Positions 1 to 14,231 are shown, counted from the stretch's first letter. The stretch: DNA of 64,000 nucleotides from Felis catus (GCF_018350175.1 NC_058368.1:210306001-210370000); one strand, 5' to 3'. The notes: generated from the sequence alone by a model not told the origin. Made by a program: numbers and translations.

Positions 1-103
1 AGGAATCTACTCCCGAAATCATTGTTGCACTATATGCTAACTAAATTGGATGTAAATTTAAAAAAATAAAAAATCAAATTAAAAAAAAAAAAAGAAAAGA
101 AAA
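1..103 (+). mobile_element. Carnivore L1 3' terminus with poly(A)
   Basis: ...ctcccgaaatcattgttgcactatatgctaac...aataaa + A-tail; same motif as the L1 end at 33680-33750. Confidence 0.75.
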
Positions 104-611
104 TAATCCCCTGTCTGAAGATGCAGGCGTCTGGACTTGGGCACAGGCAAAGGACTCAACTCCCTGGCCGCTCCCAAGAATCTAGCTCGTCTTCTGATTG
201 CCTGATACATCTTACTTTGCCAAAGACACATTTGTTCTGGAGAAGCATGTCTCAAATACTAATATTCTAAGAAGATACATTCTCCAAATGTCTGATTCAA
301 ATCTTTTAAAGTATAATAAACTCTATAATAAATAAAACAGTTATGAGCTAACATCAAGTCATAAAGACACGGCTGAGGTGCGCTGGCAGCTTCACAAGGC
401 TTTGCGTGGCCCGCAGCCTGAGAGCTCGAGGGGAAGCCATTAAAAAAAAAACCTGTGCCATTTGCAAACACTTATCTCTGCAAATCGAGGTTTTGCCAAT
501 ATTAGAAGATTAAAGCACAACTGAATGTTGAGGCTTATAAAGACTGTTGGCTATTCGCACATTACCCCTGACTTCAAATGCCCGTATTAAACTAAACATC
601 ATGATCCTCTT

Positions 612-853
612 TTTTTTTTTTTTAATTTTTTTTTTTTAATTTTTTTTTTTTAATGTTTATTTATTTTTGGGACAGAGAGAGACAGAGCATGAACGGGGGA
701 GGGGCAGAGAGAGAGGGAGACACAGAATCGGAAACAGGCTCCAGGCTCTGAGCCATCAGCCCAGAGCCTGACGCGGGGCTCGAACTCACGGACCGCGAGA
801 TCGTGACCTGGCTGAAGTCGGATGCTTAACCGACTGCGCCACCCAGGCACCCC
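612..853 (-). mobile_element. Young feline CAN-SINE (SINEC_Fc)
   Basis: tRNA-derived head, CT tract and poly(A); perfect TSD taaacatcatgatcctctt at 593-611 and 854-872. Confidence 0.95.
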
Positions 854-920
854 TAAACATCATGATCCTCTTAGACTGGATTAAGAAGAGTTGTAATATG
901 ATCTTATAAACAGGGCTGAG

Positions 921-1130
921 AACAGGGTTTTTCAAACCTTGGCACTTCTGACATTTGGGTCAGATTATCTTTTTGTGTTCTTCTGCTGTCCTGTGCATTG
1001 CTTTCTTGCATTCCGGGCTTCTGCCCACTGGATGCCAGTAGCATCCCTGCAGCTGTGACAATCACAAATGTCTCCAGACGTTCCCGAATGTCCCCTTGGC
1101 AGGAAAACTCTCCCTGGTTGAGCACCACTG
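921..1130. mobile_element. MER20-like hAT DNA transposon fossil
   Basis: caggg..ttcaaaccttggcact..gacattt...aaatgtctccagac...ggttgag.accactg; resembles MER20 by eye. Confidence 0.7.
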
Positions 1131-1429
1131 CTTACTGATCAAACACTGCGTTCATCTATTCTATGTTGGGGGTCTTACCTAATAATTCAGCTGACTAAAA
1201 GAAGTTCTGCTTAAATTGGTTGAAAGTACAAAGGCTTTCACTTCCAGATTCTGGATTCAGATCCTGATGCTACCCCACCGGCTGTCCATCACCTAACCCT
1301 TCCAATCAGCTGCTACCTCCTCTGGACAATGGGAACAAGACTATGCATACTGGACTGAGACAATGGAGGCAGGACAGCACTTAGAAGCTCTGCAGTAAAT
1401 GAAACCTTCTGCTGGTATGGTCGCTGTTA

Positions 1430-1705
<276 letters not shown>

Positions 1706-1997
1706 TCACGCACAGAACCTCTGCTTCTCTAAGCAGCTACCTCCCTCTGCTCACCTGAAACTGCCTTCTCCCCTCCTGACACACTCCCCTGCCCTGGTTT
1801 GCCTCAGAAAGTTGCCTTAGTGAGTGATGCCCCCTTCTGGAAATGGAGGGAACACTCTCCTCTAGATGGCTCAAACCTCATTACAGGACTAGATGGAGAA
1901 ACTCTAGGCTATTTTCTTTTTCAACCAACCACGTTGTTAGCAAACAACCAGAGACTGAACAATCACTTGAGACACTTTAAAAAAATATGTATCGGTG

Positions 1998-2220
1998 GGG
2001 GCGCCTGGGTGGCGCAGTCGGTTAAGCGTCCGACATCAGCCAGGTCTCGATCTTGCGGTCCGTGAGTTCGAGCCCGCGTCAAGCTCTGGGCTGATGGCTC
2101 GGAGCCTGGAGCCTGTTTCCGATTCTGTGTCTCCCTCTCTCTCTGCCCCTCCCCCGTTCATGCTCTGTCTCTCTCTGTCCCAAAAATAAATAAAAAACGT
2201 TGAAAAAAAAATTAAAAAAA
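1998..2220 (+). mobile_element. Young feline CAN-SINE
   Basis: Full head-to-tail copy; TSD aaaaatatgtatcggtg on both sides. Confidence 0.95.
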
Positions 2221-2466
2221 AAAAATATGTATCGGTGGATTATACCAGGGATTCCCAATAAAGATATGTTGACATTACAAAAAGCCACTTCATCTTACCT
2301 GGCCTCTGCTAACTGAGCAAATGAAGGACTCAAAGACAATATCCAACCATTAAACCACAAACCCCATTCCTGACACTGCTGAATAAATGTAGGGTTACAT
2401 ATTTTACTTCACTGATAACATTTTTATCCAAAGGTAATCTACTTTCAACAGATTAAAGAGATATAC

Positions 2467-2678
2467 GGGGGTGCCTGGGTGGTCGGTTCATTAGTTAAGT
2501 GTCCGACTTCTGCTCAGGTCCTGATCTCACAGTTGGTGAGTTCGAGCCCCATGTCAGGCTCTGTGCTGACAGCTCAGAGCCTAGAGCCTGCTTCAGATTC
2601 TGTGTCTCCCTCTCTCTTTGCCCCTCCCCTGCTTGTGCTCTCTCTCTCTCAAAATAATAAATAAACATTAAAAAAATT
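2467..2678 (+). mobile_element. CAN-SINE
   Basis: Head ggggtgcctgggtgg, CT tract and A-tail; degenerate TSD ttaaagaga.a.ac. Confidence 0.9.
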
Positions 2679-3011
2679 AAAGAGACACACATACAATGCT
2701 ACAGTAGAAAGATTAAGAATTATTAAAAAGGACACACAAATGCACACACACAACACAGTATTGTGTATTCTGTGAGCCATGTCCCCCTCCCATTTAGTAG
2801 TATCTGTAACTGTAGCCTTTATTTATATACTAACATTATTATATGACACAGAAGATATTTTTCACGGAGCCACCCAAATTTATGATATTTGCATTTATGG
2901 TATTAGGTCTACAGATATTACAGGGAAAAGGCCTGACTGAATAGTCAGGTATAAACAGATTAATTTCAACCATACTGTTGATAAACACAGTACTAAATTT
3001 CCCTTATTTTA

Positions 3012-3731
3012 TGAACAAATCAGGAGACTATAGATGCTGGAGAGGATGTGGAGAAACGGGAACCCTCTTGCACTGTTGGTGGGAATGCAAATTGGTGCAG
3101 CCGCTCTGGAAAGCAGTGTGGAGGTTCCTCAGAAAATTAAAAATAGACCTACCCTATGACCCAGCAATAGCACTGCTAGGAATTTATCCAAGGGATACAG
3201 GAGTACTGATGCATAGGGCCACTTGTACCCCAATGTTCATAGCAGCACTCTCAACAATAGCCAAATTATGGAAAGAGCCTAAATGTCCATCAACTGATGA
3301 ATGGATAAAGAAATTGTGGTTTATATACACAATGGAATACTACGTGGCAATGAGAAAGAATGAAATATGGCCTTTTGTAGCAACGTGGATGGAACTGGAG
3401 AGTGTGATGCTAAGTGAAATAAGCCATACAGAGAAAGACAGATACCATATGGTTTCACTCTTATGTGGATCCTGAGAAACTTAACAGGAACCCATGGGGG
3501 AGGGGAAGGAAAAAAAAAAAAAAAAGAGGTTAGAGTGGGAGAGAGCCAAAGCATAAGAGACTGTTAAAAACTGAGAACAAACTGAGGGTTGATGGGGGGT
3601 GGGAGGGAGGAGAGGGTGGGTGATGGGTATTGAGGAGGGCACCTTTTGGGATGAGCACTGGGTGTTGTATGGAAACCAATTTGTCAATAAATTTCATATA
3701 TAAAAAAAAAAAAACAAAAACAAAAAAAAAG
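3012..3731 (+). mobile_element. 5'-truncated young L1 (ORF2 C-terminus + 3'UTR + polyA)
   Basis: ORF 2978-3475 encodes the ORF2p C-terminal Cys-rich region ([19 protein letters not shown]); perfect TSD taaatttcccttatttta at 2994-3011 and 3732-3749. Confidence 0.96.
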
Positions 3732-3976
3732 TAAATTTCCCTTATTTTAATAGTAAAAAAAGAAGGGGGATCACTACACAAGTATCCCCAGCAAACCCAA
3801 GTGATCTGCCTCCTCAGCTTGAACAAAGTTCAGAGGGTAAAGGATGGATGCTGTGTTACCATCAGGAGCACAGAGTCAGGAATAGCTCAAGAAATATATT
3901 CGATTCTACTCTCATGGGAGGGATAGTTGTATATTTGCCAAAACAGTTCTATAGTCAAATCTCACATCATTCTTAC

Positions 3977-4075
3977 CTGGAACAGCTGCTCAGCAAAGTC
4001 TTCAGGGCAGATTCGGAGAATCCAGAACACCCAGAAAGATTTAGTCGCAATAAATTTGAGTTCTGTGCTAGGTTA
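3977..4075 (-). CDS. SKP2: SKP2 exon 6 (LRR)
   Basis: tccag|TAACCTAGCA...TGTTCCAG|gtaaga; 99 nt; [32 protein letters not shown]. Confidence 0.97.
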
Positions 4076-4387
4076 CTGGAAAAGGAGGAAAATGTCCGAG
4101 TATCAATACACACTATTACTCAATTAGTAAGCATTCTGAGGAAAACAGGCTAGAGAAGTTAAGTACTCAAACACACAGGGCTTTGAGCCAGAAGTGAGTT
4201 TCAACTCCTGTCTCACTCTGTATGACACCAAGCAGGATGCTTTGCCTCAGTTAATTCATCTGTGAAATGGCACTATCAGTACCTTCTTGGTAGGGTTGTT
4301 AAGATTAAATTATATAATGTGATAAAGGGCTCAGTACAGTGCCTGGCACAAAGGAAGCACACAAGAAATACTAATCAATGTAGTTTT

Positions 4388-4530
4388 ATTTATTTTTTAT
4401 TATTTTTTTTAAGTAGGTTGCACGCCCAGCGTGGAGCCCAGTGCGGGGCTTGAACTCATGACCATGAGATCAAAACCTGTGCTGAGATCAAGAGTGGAAC
4501 GCTTAACTGGCTGAGCCACCCAGGAGCCCC
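4388..4530 (-). mobile_element. Short CAN-SINE variant
   Basis: Antisense SINE head without a CT tract; TSD caatgtagtttt. Confidence 0.8.
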
Positions 4531-4704
4531 AATGTAGTTTTTAAATTAAAAAAAGAAAAGAATGATGGAAAAAACATTATTTCTTTTTCATCCATAATTA
4601 GCATTAACTTGTAGGCACACTTTTACTTGTCAAGTCTCCAGGTTCTTTCAATTAAACTTCTCTCAAATTTGCCCTCTCTTCTGCATTCTCAAATGCCTTG
4701 TGTT

Positions 4705-4915
4705 AGTGGATTCAGTGATTAAGAGCTAGAGTTCTGGAATCACACTGTATAACCAAGTTCAAATCTTGGTTCTGCCACTTAACTACCTGTGAGACCTTGG
4801 ACAAGCTATTCAACCTCTCTGTGCCTGTTTTCATATCTGAACAACGAGAGCTTACATCATAGGTTGCTGTGAGAATTTATGAGATGACCTTTGAAAGTGC
4901 CCAATAAATGTTGGT
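4705..4915 (+). mobile_element. MIR-like fragment
   Basis: gttcaaatcttggttctgccactt..acctgtgagaccttggacaag..aacctctctgtgcct core motif. Confidence 0.65.
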
Positions 4916-5668
4916 AGTTAATTTTATGTATTTTACATCAGGTTTCATCATTTCTTACCTGAGTGAACACAAAACCGTCTTAAGTAGTCGAGTTTTTTCT
5001 TTGTCTGATTAACCTGCCAAGGTGCCTAACAAGTTATTTTCCTAAATTTGAACTCTGACATGTTCCTTCCATTCTCAGATCCAGTCTCTTTACGACACTT
5101 CCCTCTTCAGTGCCTATCATGGAGTCCAGACTTCTTATAGCATGGCAGGGGCCCATTATGATCAGGTCCTCACCTCCTGTCACCTCCTCACTGTGCCCTA
5201 CGCTCCAGCAGTTCCCAACTACTTCAGAGTTTAGAACTGCACAGGCGGCTTTACCTAGACTGCTTCTTTACCTTGTCACATGGGGATCTCCAACCTGAAT
5301 ATCTGCAATACTCAGCTTAAGAGTCACTTCCTCTGAGAAGGCTGCCCTCCCTAAATTTAACTAGGTCTCTCTGTGGGATGCATGCATCTAACAAACACAC
5401 TGCACTGTAATTATCTGTCTCTCCCCTGAATGGGGCAGGGAGTGGGCCTCTATTCATCCTTGCTTGTCTAGAACCTAGCATAAGGCCTGGCATATAGTTA
5501 GCATGCCAACTTGCATTGCCTGGATGAGTCCCGCACAGTACTGCAGAAGCACAGATACTTTCTGAGTCCATCTGGAGACGGACAGAAGGGCACCCCACAT
5601 ATATTCCGGAAACAAAATTAACATACAGAAAACAACTGCCTGTGGGACATGTTTCTGGCGGCCACTCA

Positions 5669-5980
<312 letters not shown>

Positions 5981-7100
5981 TCACTCATTTTAAAATTCAG
6001 GAGGATTTCTGCCAGGTCAAAATGGTGCTGCCCATTTTGCTTAGGAAATTAGTCAGTGGGCATCATGAGAATGAGCTGGAGGTGGCTGACAAGAAGATTC
6101 TGCGTATGATGCCTCGAGGCAAAGGTGAGTGAGTGAATTACTGAAACAGAAAAGACAGCAGAAGAGCAAGCTGTAAAGGGCTAATATTGAGAGGCCTGGA
6201 GGAAACACAGGTGTGGAAGTTTCTAGGTAATTGGACCTAGTTGTTTGAAAGAGAGGGATGAACTGGAGAAGAGGATTGGAAGGTTCTGGCACAACTGCGG
6301 GTGTATGACAGTGTGTCCAGACAGTGTGTGGATCGAGGAAGGCAGCCAGGGACAGACCCCAGAGTAGCAGAGAAAGAGGCACATGTGAAGAAGACCCAGA
6401 AGGAATAGCCATGGGAGAAGGATGAACACCAGTGGAAGAGGGGTGCAGTCATATGACCATGGAGGGAAGGGGAAAGAACTAGAGTTGGGATCCCTGTTTT
6501 GTCCTTCACTCTGCCATTTGTAGCTTATCTTTCTGTTCGGTATCTAGTCATTCCACTCAAGTTTGGGATGGCATTAAACCATACTGCAAAACTACGAGGA
6601 AAAGAGAAGTAGTTTTTCAAAAACATTCCACAAGGCAAACAAAAAGAGGGCATTTCTTTCAGGTTGCAAATCTGTCCACCATTGGATCAGAAACCCAGAG
6701 CTACAAAATCCGGGAAGACTCCTCACACACTGTCTTTATCAGAACTGGCCAGTGAGGCAAGAGCTAGGCTGGTTGAGTACTGTGCATGGCCCCTGCCTCA
6801 AGCGACTCACGAGGAGCATCTGCTGAGGACCCCCCTCCCCCCCTGAGAAGCAAAATGTGCATCTCTGACCCTCAGGAAGAGCCCAAAAGTAACCCTGACT
6901 TAAAGTGGGAATGGGATCACGGTAAGCAGTGCCATGTTTCAGCATAAAGGCCATACAGCAAAGCATGCACTTAACATTCCACTGCATAGCTGACTTGTCA
7001 CAGGCCAGAAGGCTGGACATAGAAAAAAAGTAAGTTTTCATCTGCTTCTACCTCAAGATTTAGAAATAGTCTTTTCTAGTTTTGTTTTTTTTTTTTTTAC

Positions 7101-7244
7101 CTGAAATGTTCAACTAATGGTTGATCCACAAATGATCGTGGGCAGCGGAAGGCAACCACCCCTCGAGACAGCAGCCGGCCGATCACATCTGGGTGCAGGT
7201 TTTTACCTGTGAGGTCCAAGGTCTGCCACAGGGACTCATCAAAC
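7101..7244 (-). CDS. SKP2: SKP2 exon 4
   Basis: ttccag|GTTTGATGAG...CATTTCAG|gtaaaa; 144 nt; [47 protein letters not shown]. Confidence 0.97.
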
Positions 7245-7611
7245 CTGGAAAAGAGGAGGTCCCTAGTTAAGTCAGGGGCACTGGATACCAGAGGCTCTTA
7301 TCACTGTTACAGAACAAGGGGGAGATGGCCATAAATCACCTTGAAGCAAATTCCGAAGGAAGCTGTGTTTCTGAGTTGACAATACAATTAGCTATGACAC
7401 TTTTGAGATACTATTGACCATTTCTTGCTCATCTCACAGATTAGCTTCCATCTTCATCTATATATGTATTTCAATATACATTATTGAATAGGTAGGTAGG
7501 TTCAAAGTTACCTAAATGATCCCACCTGCTGTTTTTGATAAGCATAAATAAGTTACCACAATCACCCTAAGTAACACGTAAATATAACTAAAAGGAGGGA
7601 GGTCAGCCCTA

Positions 7612-8188
7612 TAGCTGACCTTTGCACATGGGTTTGAACTATGCAGGTTCACTAACATGCTGATTTTTTATCTATCTATCTATCTATCTATCTATTTATT
7701 TATTTATTTAAACGTTTATTTACTTTTGAGACAGAGAGAGACAGAGCATGAACGGGGGAGGGTCAGAGAGAGGGAGACACAGAATCTGAAACAGGGTCCA
7801 GGCTCTGAGCTGTCAGCACAGAGCCCGACACGGGGTTCGAACTCACGGACCGCGAGATCATGACCCGAGCCAAAGTCGGCTGCTTAACCGACTGAGCCAC
7901 CCAGGCGCCCCACATGCAGATTTTTTATAGCACAGTACTGTAAATGTATTTTTTTCTTACGATTTTCTTAACATTTTCTCTCTGGCTTACCTTATTGTAA
8001 GAATAAGAGTATACAACACATATAACATATAAAACCTGTGTTAACTGTTTATGTTATGGGTAAAGCTTCTGGTCAATAGTAGTCTATTCACAGTTAAGTT
8101 TTTGGGGAGTCAAAAGTTATATGTGGATTTCTGACTGGGCTGGGTGGGGTCAGTGCTCCAAACCCCCATGTTGTTGAAGGGCCAACTG
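7612..8188. mobile_element. Tigger2/MER28-like DNA transposon with a nested SINE
   Basis: TIR-like ends tagctgacc...catgggtttgaac and ccatgttgttgaagggccaactg, flanked by TA. Confidence 0.7.
7667..7911 (-). mobile_element. CAN-SINE with (TATC)n/(TTTA)n tail
   Basis: Full antisense SINE; TSD acatgc.gattttt. Confidence 0.92.
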
Positions 8189-9709
8189 TACTTTATTAAG
8201 AAATAGTACTATCAAATATCTACTAGGAAAAAGGAACCCTAAAAAGGAGTTGGGCTGTTTTACAATACCCTTTAAGCTTAAAAACAAAAACAAAAAACGT
8301 ATATACATGCATGGAAATATATGTATTTGTATGAACTAATGTGAAAGGAAAAAGGAAAAATATTACTTAGATTTTGGATAGTGTTTCTAAAGCAAAACTG
8401 AGGTACTAAAATGTACTGAACAGTAAACCAGGGGGCTGTAATAGCCACAGTTTAATTCAACTTAACAAAAAAAAGAAAACATGAGATCAAGTACATGAGG
8501 GAACATTTTCAATGCCTACTAGAATTTTATTCTTTAATATTGCTTGAAATAAGCAGACCACCGGCAGGGCTTTGAAATATCGCTGCATAAAGAAACTGTC
8601 AACGTGTTATTTGACTTCTATTAACAAGAAGGCACGACTACAGTACCTGGCACATAACAAGTGCTTAATAAATGCTGGTTATTGCTTTTATGACAACTGA
8701 TACGAAGATTAACAGACTCTGCATGAAGAGGAGAGCTGGCTGAAAGAAAATCGATATGGGGTCACTTAGGGAGGGATCAGGGAAACTCCGCCACCACTGG
8801 CTCCAGCATTCCAGGGGTGCACACCTCCCCGTGGCTCTTCTAAGCAAACAGCCCACTCTGTAAATACCCGGGGCGTCTTACTGCCCACACGCCCCTGAAT
8901 GGACGGGAAGGGGCTCTTGCTGGCTCACATTAAGAACTCCAGAGATGTGCAGGGAGAAGAGAGATAGATGGCCTTTAAGCGCAAAGGATGGCTAGGGGCT
9001 GGCTGGGGAGGACAGGTGGTGAAGAACGGACAAAAGTTCTAACTGCAAACAAAGCCTTCCCCCACTTCTGGCCTGTTACTGCCTTCCAACTCACCAAGAT
9101 GTTCCTTGTGCAGCTCACCGTTCACACTTGAAAAGTGGCAATCCCGAACCAACAGAGACACCCGTAACTATTGGTTTCCATGTGCGACACGCTTTCATGA
9201 GCCAGGCACTGCACCGCCATCTTTATACTTCATCCTCATAACTGTCTGGAAGGTACTACGACCTCCATTTTATATATGGGGGGACCGAGGCTCAGAAGTG
9301 TCAAGAACGTCACTAAAGTCCCAGAGTGCTAGGTGGCAGAGACTGGGTTCGCATTTGGATCTAATACCAGGACCTGTGTTCTCCCCTCTGTGCTCACTGC
9401 CTGGCCCACGGGTGTGAGAAACCGTTGGCATCCCCCTTCACTCCTAGGACATCACCTGGTCGAGAGTCGGCATCCAACCAGCAATAATATAGGAAAAAGT
9501 TCTCCGAGGTGGGTATGTTTACACCTCCAAGAGACTCTTCCCTTCCACTGTGAAATGAAGTCATTAATATTAAATATATGAAGATACCTAGTTTGCTTTG
9601 TGGTACTGTATTTTTCTTGTTTTTTTAGTTTCACTAGATCCAAATGAATAAATAAATAACCCTTCTCTTCTCCTTCCACACATAAACCAAAAGGGGTAAA
9701 AAATACTTA

Positions 9710-9853
<144 letters not shown>

Positions 9854-10904
9854 TCACCACTCATTCACCCAATCAAGTCTACTGAGTCTTTTCATGCACT
9901 TAAAGGATACACAACATTTAACTTACAGGGGGAATTTAACACTAATCGAATTACTCATCCCACAATTGTTTTTCTGTTCACCCACTGTCTCCGTACCCTG
10001 CGGTGAGGCACCACACCTTCTCAGCAAAGGAGAAAAGAGAAAACCAAGAATACTTTTCATATCATTTTTCCCTTCAGCTTCTGCTGGCCAACCTTAGTAA
10101 GGGCTATATTAAAGGCGGTACAGAGCAAGTCCCCCCTTCCATGGCATACAATAACGTCTAAGACATTGATGCCCTCCATGGCTAAGAAATGCCTGGTTTC
10201 TCTCAGAAGTGGATTCGGTGGTGGATTCAGCCATCAAGTATTGACCTTATCTACAAGGCAAATGAAGTTTTTCCCTCTTTCTTTCAGATTTATAGAAAGC
10301 ACTCAGAAGTCCATTTGCCTACAAGTGCACTATCAGAAGGGTGCTTTCATCTATCTCTATTTACTATAGTGCCAGGGAGCATTCTAGGTGTTGGGGAGAG
10401 AGCAATAAATAAAATAGACAAAGCATTTTAGCTTCACGGGACTTACATTCTAGTGGGAGGAAACAATCACACATATAAAAATAAATTACAAGATCTGGAA
10501 AAATTGATTAGTGCTCTGCAGAAAAGTTAAGCAGAGTAAAAGAGAGGACAGGAAGTACAGGGGCCAGTGTTCAGAATCTCAAGAAAGCGGTCAAGGAAGG
10601 CCTCACTGAGACAGCGATCACTGAGCAAAGGCTTGAACAAAATTAGGGAGCCATGTTTTCTAGGTATAGGGAACAGAATGTTTGTTTTGAGGAACAGAAG
10701 AATGAGCAGGGAGGTGACAGAAGATGAGAGATGTTGGGGCCAGGTCATGCAGGACTCTACATCATGAGGCCTTCAGCTCTGACTCTGAATGTTGTGAGGA
10801 ACCACCAGAGAGTGCTGAGCACAGAAAATTCTGAAAGGAATGCTTGGGCTGTGTTAAAACAAACAAACAAACAAACAAACAAACAAACAAACAAAAAACT
10901 GGAC

Positions 10905-11102
10905 GGGCGCCTGGGTGGCTCAGTGAGTAGAAGGGTCCTACTTTGGCTCAGGTCACGATCTCATGGTTTGCAAGTTTGAGCCCTGTGTCAGGCTCTGTGC
11001 TTACAGCTCAGAGCCTGGAGCCTGCTTCAGATTCTGTGTCTCCTTTTCTGCCCTCCCCTGCACACACTCTCTCTCAAACAAAAACATTAAAAACAAAACA
11101 AA
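10905..11102 (+). mobile_element. CAN-SINE preceded by (AAAC)n
   Basis: Head gggcgcctgggtggctcag; TSD aaaactgga. Confidence 0.9.
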
Positions 11103-11360
11103 ACTGGAGGGGGGAAAAAGGTGGATATTTTAAGATGAGTTTTGTCTTATAAAAGCAATGTCTCAATAGAACTCTTACATAGGAACATACAGAACATAAC
11201 CCACAAGATCAGGATAATAGGACAATGGCCAAGAAGGAAACAGGTATGCATGGAAGAAATACTGAGTGTTTAGATCAGTTCAGTAACTCACCTTCCTAGT
11301 CAGTCTCCCTGTACCTCCACTCGCTCTTGTACACCAAGTCTAGCGCTACCCTCTCCCTTC

Positions 11361-11758
11361 TGTGATGGTTCACAGGACTGATGTCAGCTTGACTGGGTCA
11401 GGGGGAGGCTAAATATTTGGTTCAACACTATTATGGGTGTGTCTGTGAGGGGTTCCTGGAGGAGATGAACGCTGGGAGTCTGTTGACTGAGAAACAGATT
11501 CCCTTCTCCAACGTGAGTGAATCTCATTCAATCCAAGTCCTGATGAGAATTGGTTTTCTCCCTGCCTTTGAGCTGGGACATGGATCTCCTGACTTCAGAT
11601 GTGAACTGGAACCATCTGCTCTCCTGGTCCCTGGGCCTTTGCACTGTGGACCTGGGTACTTCCCAGCTTTCGTAATAGTGTGAGCCAAGTCCTTATAATA
11701 CATCTCCCTACATCTCTTATTTTTTCCACATCTCTGGAGAACCCTGATTACTAACACA
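11361..11758 (+). mobile_element. MLT2-like solo LTR (ERVL)
   Basis: Begins tgtgatggtt...gtcagcttgactggg and ends gagaaccctga..aacaca (TG...CA termini). Confidence 0.7.
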
Positions 11759-14020
11759 CTGTCCCTCCTCCCCGTTATCTAAAAGGTGGATTTCCTGCAC
11801 AGGTACACTGAACCAGGCTCTGTGGAGAACATGATGGAGAAAAGCACTGAGGGTGATAAACGTGGCACTTGCTGTCTCTGGGTGGTATTCTTGGGCAATC
11901 TTTCCAAGTTTGAACATCTCCATGGTCCCCCCCAAATATGTAGCCTAAGGTCCAAACTGCTTGGCATGAAATTTATGTCACGGACCCACTCATTTTTCTA
12001 GGTTCATTACCTAGAAATATGTTCTAGCCATTTGGACTTACTTGTAATTAGTAGAATGAGTCATTCTGCGCCACATCTCAGAGGCCCTGTATGTGCTGTG
12101 CCTGCCCCGATTGCTATTAATTTAAAATCAAGTTGCTATTAGAGCCCCAGTGCTTATGGAAGGCTTCCCATGACATCACCAAAAATGGGTCACTTTTTTT
12201 TAACCACAATTTTATTATTTACTTACTCATTTGTTTAGACCCTGCCCCTGCTGGGCCATGAGTTCTTAGGAACAAAAAAGTATTTTTTAAAAAAATAATC
12301 TTTGTATTTCCTGGAACTCGCACGGTGTCTGATACATTCGTATGATATATACATGCATATACTTATTGAACATGTCCTATCTGTGGGTGTCTGTTCTACA
12401 AATATGAAAAGGGATGGCCAGCTCAGGGTTTGAGACACAAAAGAGAAATTTCAATGAAGTATCATAATGGGCTGCAATAGGGATCACAGTGCTGTGCTGT
12501 GCAGTGGATGGTGGTAGAGGAGAGATCAGAGAAGCCTTCCTGGAGGAAGTGGGCTCTACTGAAAAATGAGGAAATATGCAGTTGCTCAATGAATGCCTGC
12601 CCCTCCCTCCCTGAGGGCAAAATGATTCACTGAGGCCCTGAAACCAGGAGTAAAGGGATGAGGGCAGACCATCCATGCTGACCCTGGACCACAATGCAGG
12701 GAGGCAGCTGGAGATCACCCTGAGGCTTCTCAGTGTGGCAACAACCCCCCTTCACCACAAGGCTCCTCCCAGCTCAGCATGGACAGAGGACAGGGGTTCT
12801 CAAATACGGCTCCTGCTCTGCTTCCCAGATTCGAAAAAGTTGATACATTAGCTTTTCTTAAGTTCTCCTTCCATTAACTCTTCTGAACTCCCTGACCTCT
12901 GGTGCCTCTTGAATACATAGATCAGATTCTAGCATTGGATTTGGCAAAAAAGTCACACGCTTCGTTACTTCAAATCCAGGATGTTGAGACCACACTAGGA
13001 CTTGCACTACGATCTGTCCACTCCTCGTGACACCAGGTGCCTGGCCTCCCCGAGGGTGAGAACCACTGGAAGGGAAGCACGCTGATGGGAATGCATCTCT
13101 GTGGCCCAAGTCTGTGAATACTGGGCAGGTTACCTAATCCCTCGGGCTCGGTTTCTGCATCTGCAGGAACAGGAATAAAATGATTTATTTTGCAAAGTAG
13201 TTCCCTGTGGAGATTAAATAATATAAGGGAAGACATCAAGCAGCAGAGTCAAACTTTCCTTTCTCCTTCTTGCCTCTATCTCTCTCCTCTCTCCATTAAA
13301 GCTGCACATTTGCCTTTTGTGATGACTTTTCACTGCTGCTTGGAATTTCACTTATTTGAAAACACACTGGGTTTTAATAGGGTTTGGATGAGGGCTGCAG
13401 CATGTGATTGACCAAGAGGCCCAAACAGCCCTCTATCTAAGTTTGGGACCCCCAGAAGCAGATCCTGAGGACCTGAAGTCAAGTAGTTTATTTTGCTAAG
13501 TAATCCCAGGAAGCATTGGAAAGTGAAGAGATATGGAAAGGAAAGAAGCTAATTCGGGGAAATGTTAATAAGCAGGTTATCGCCATTGCCAAGTGGAGTT
13601 CAAGTCTGCCGGGGACTCCAGGAGACCCTATAGCACCCTGCCCCAGAGCTGTCTGTCTCAGCCAAGAGCATGGGTGCTGGGGTATTAATCCACCAACAAC
13701 TCTCAGTCACTGGGTGTGGGCTTCTGGGAGCGGGACAGAAATGTTAATTCCCACATGCCTGCCCAGAGAAAGGCATCAAGCAGTCATATCTGTATGCAGG
13801 AGAAAACCTGGCACATAAAGGAGTGCTGAGCTTCAAGTGGCTATGGATGGGGCACCATGCGTCCTCTAAAGACAGTGGAAAAGGAAATTAGGGAGGCTTG
13901 TTGTGAAGTGCAGGGCAGGAGAAATAAATTAATGAATTTGGTGCCTATTTTATTGGGAACATACAAGAAATCAGAAACAATTAGAACAACATGAGCTAGG
14001 TAATTAAAATGCGAGGAGGA

Positions 14021-14231
14021 GGGCCACCTGGGTGGCTCAGTTGGTTGAGCATCCAACTTTTGATTTCGTCTCAAGTCATGATCCCAGGGTTGTGGGATCT
14101 AGCCCCGCATTGGGCTCCATGAAGCCTGCTTGGGATTCTCTCTTTCTCTCTCTCTCTCTCTCTCCCCCCTCCCTCCCTCTGCTCCTCTCCCCCACTCATG
14201 ATCTCTCTCTCTCAAATAAAAAAAATTTTTT
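14021..14231 (+). mobile_element. CAN-SINE
   Basis: Head and CT tract; TSD aaatgcgaggagga. Confidence 0.9.

Noticed and set aside
650..850. Recurring 60-90 aa ORFs (MPGWRSRLS.., MAQSVK..PTSAQVMIS..) as a repeated gene family
   Set aside because: They are translations of CAN-SINE copies.
1170..1185. Minus-strand donor-like TAG|gtaaga as SKP2 exon 8
   Set aside because: No acceptor or SKP2-like coding sequence; exon 8 is not seen in 1-1455.
1998..2080. tRNA-like A/B boxes as tRNA genes
   Set aside because: These are heads of tRNA-derived SINEs.
2978..3475. 165-aa ORF, the longest in the track, as a novel gene
   Set aside because: It is the L1 ORF2p C-terminus inside a TSD-flanked truncated L1.
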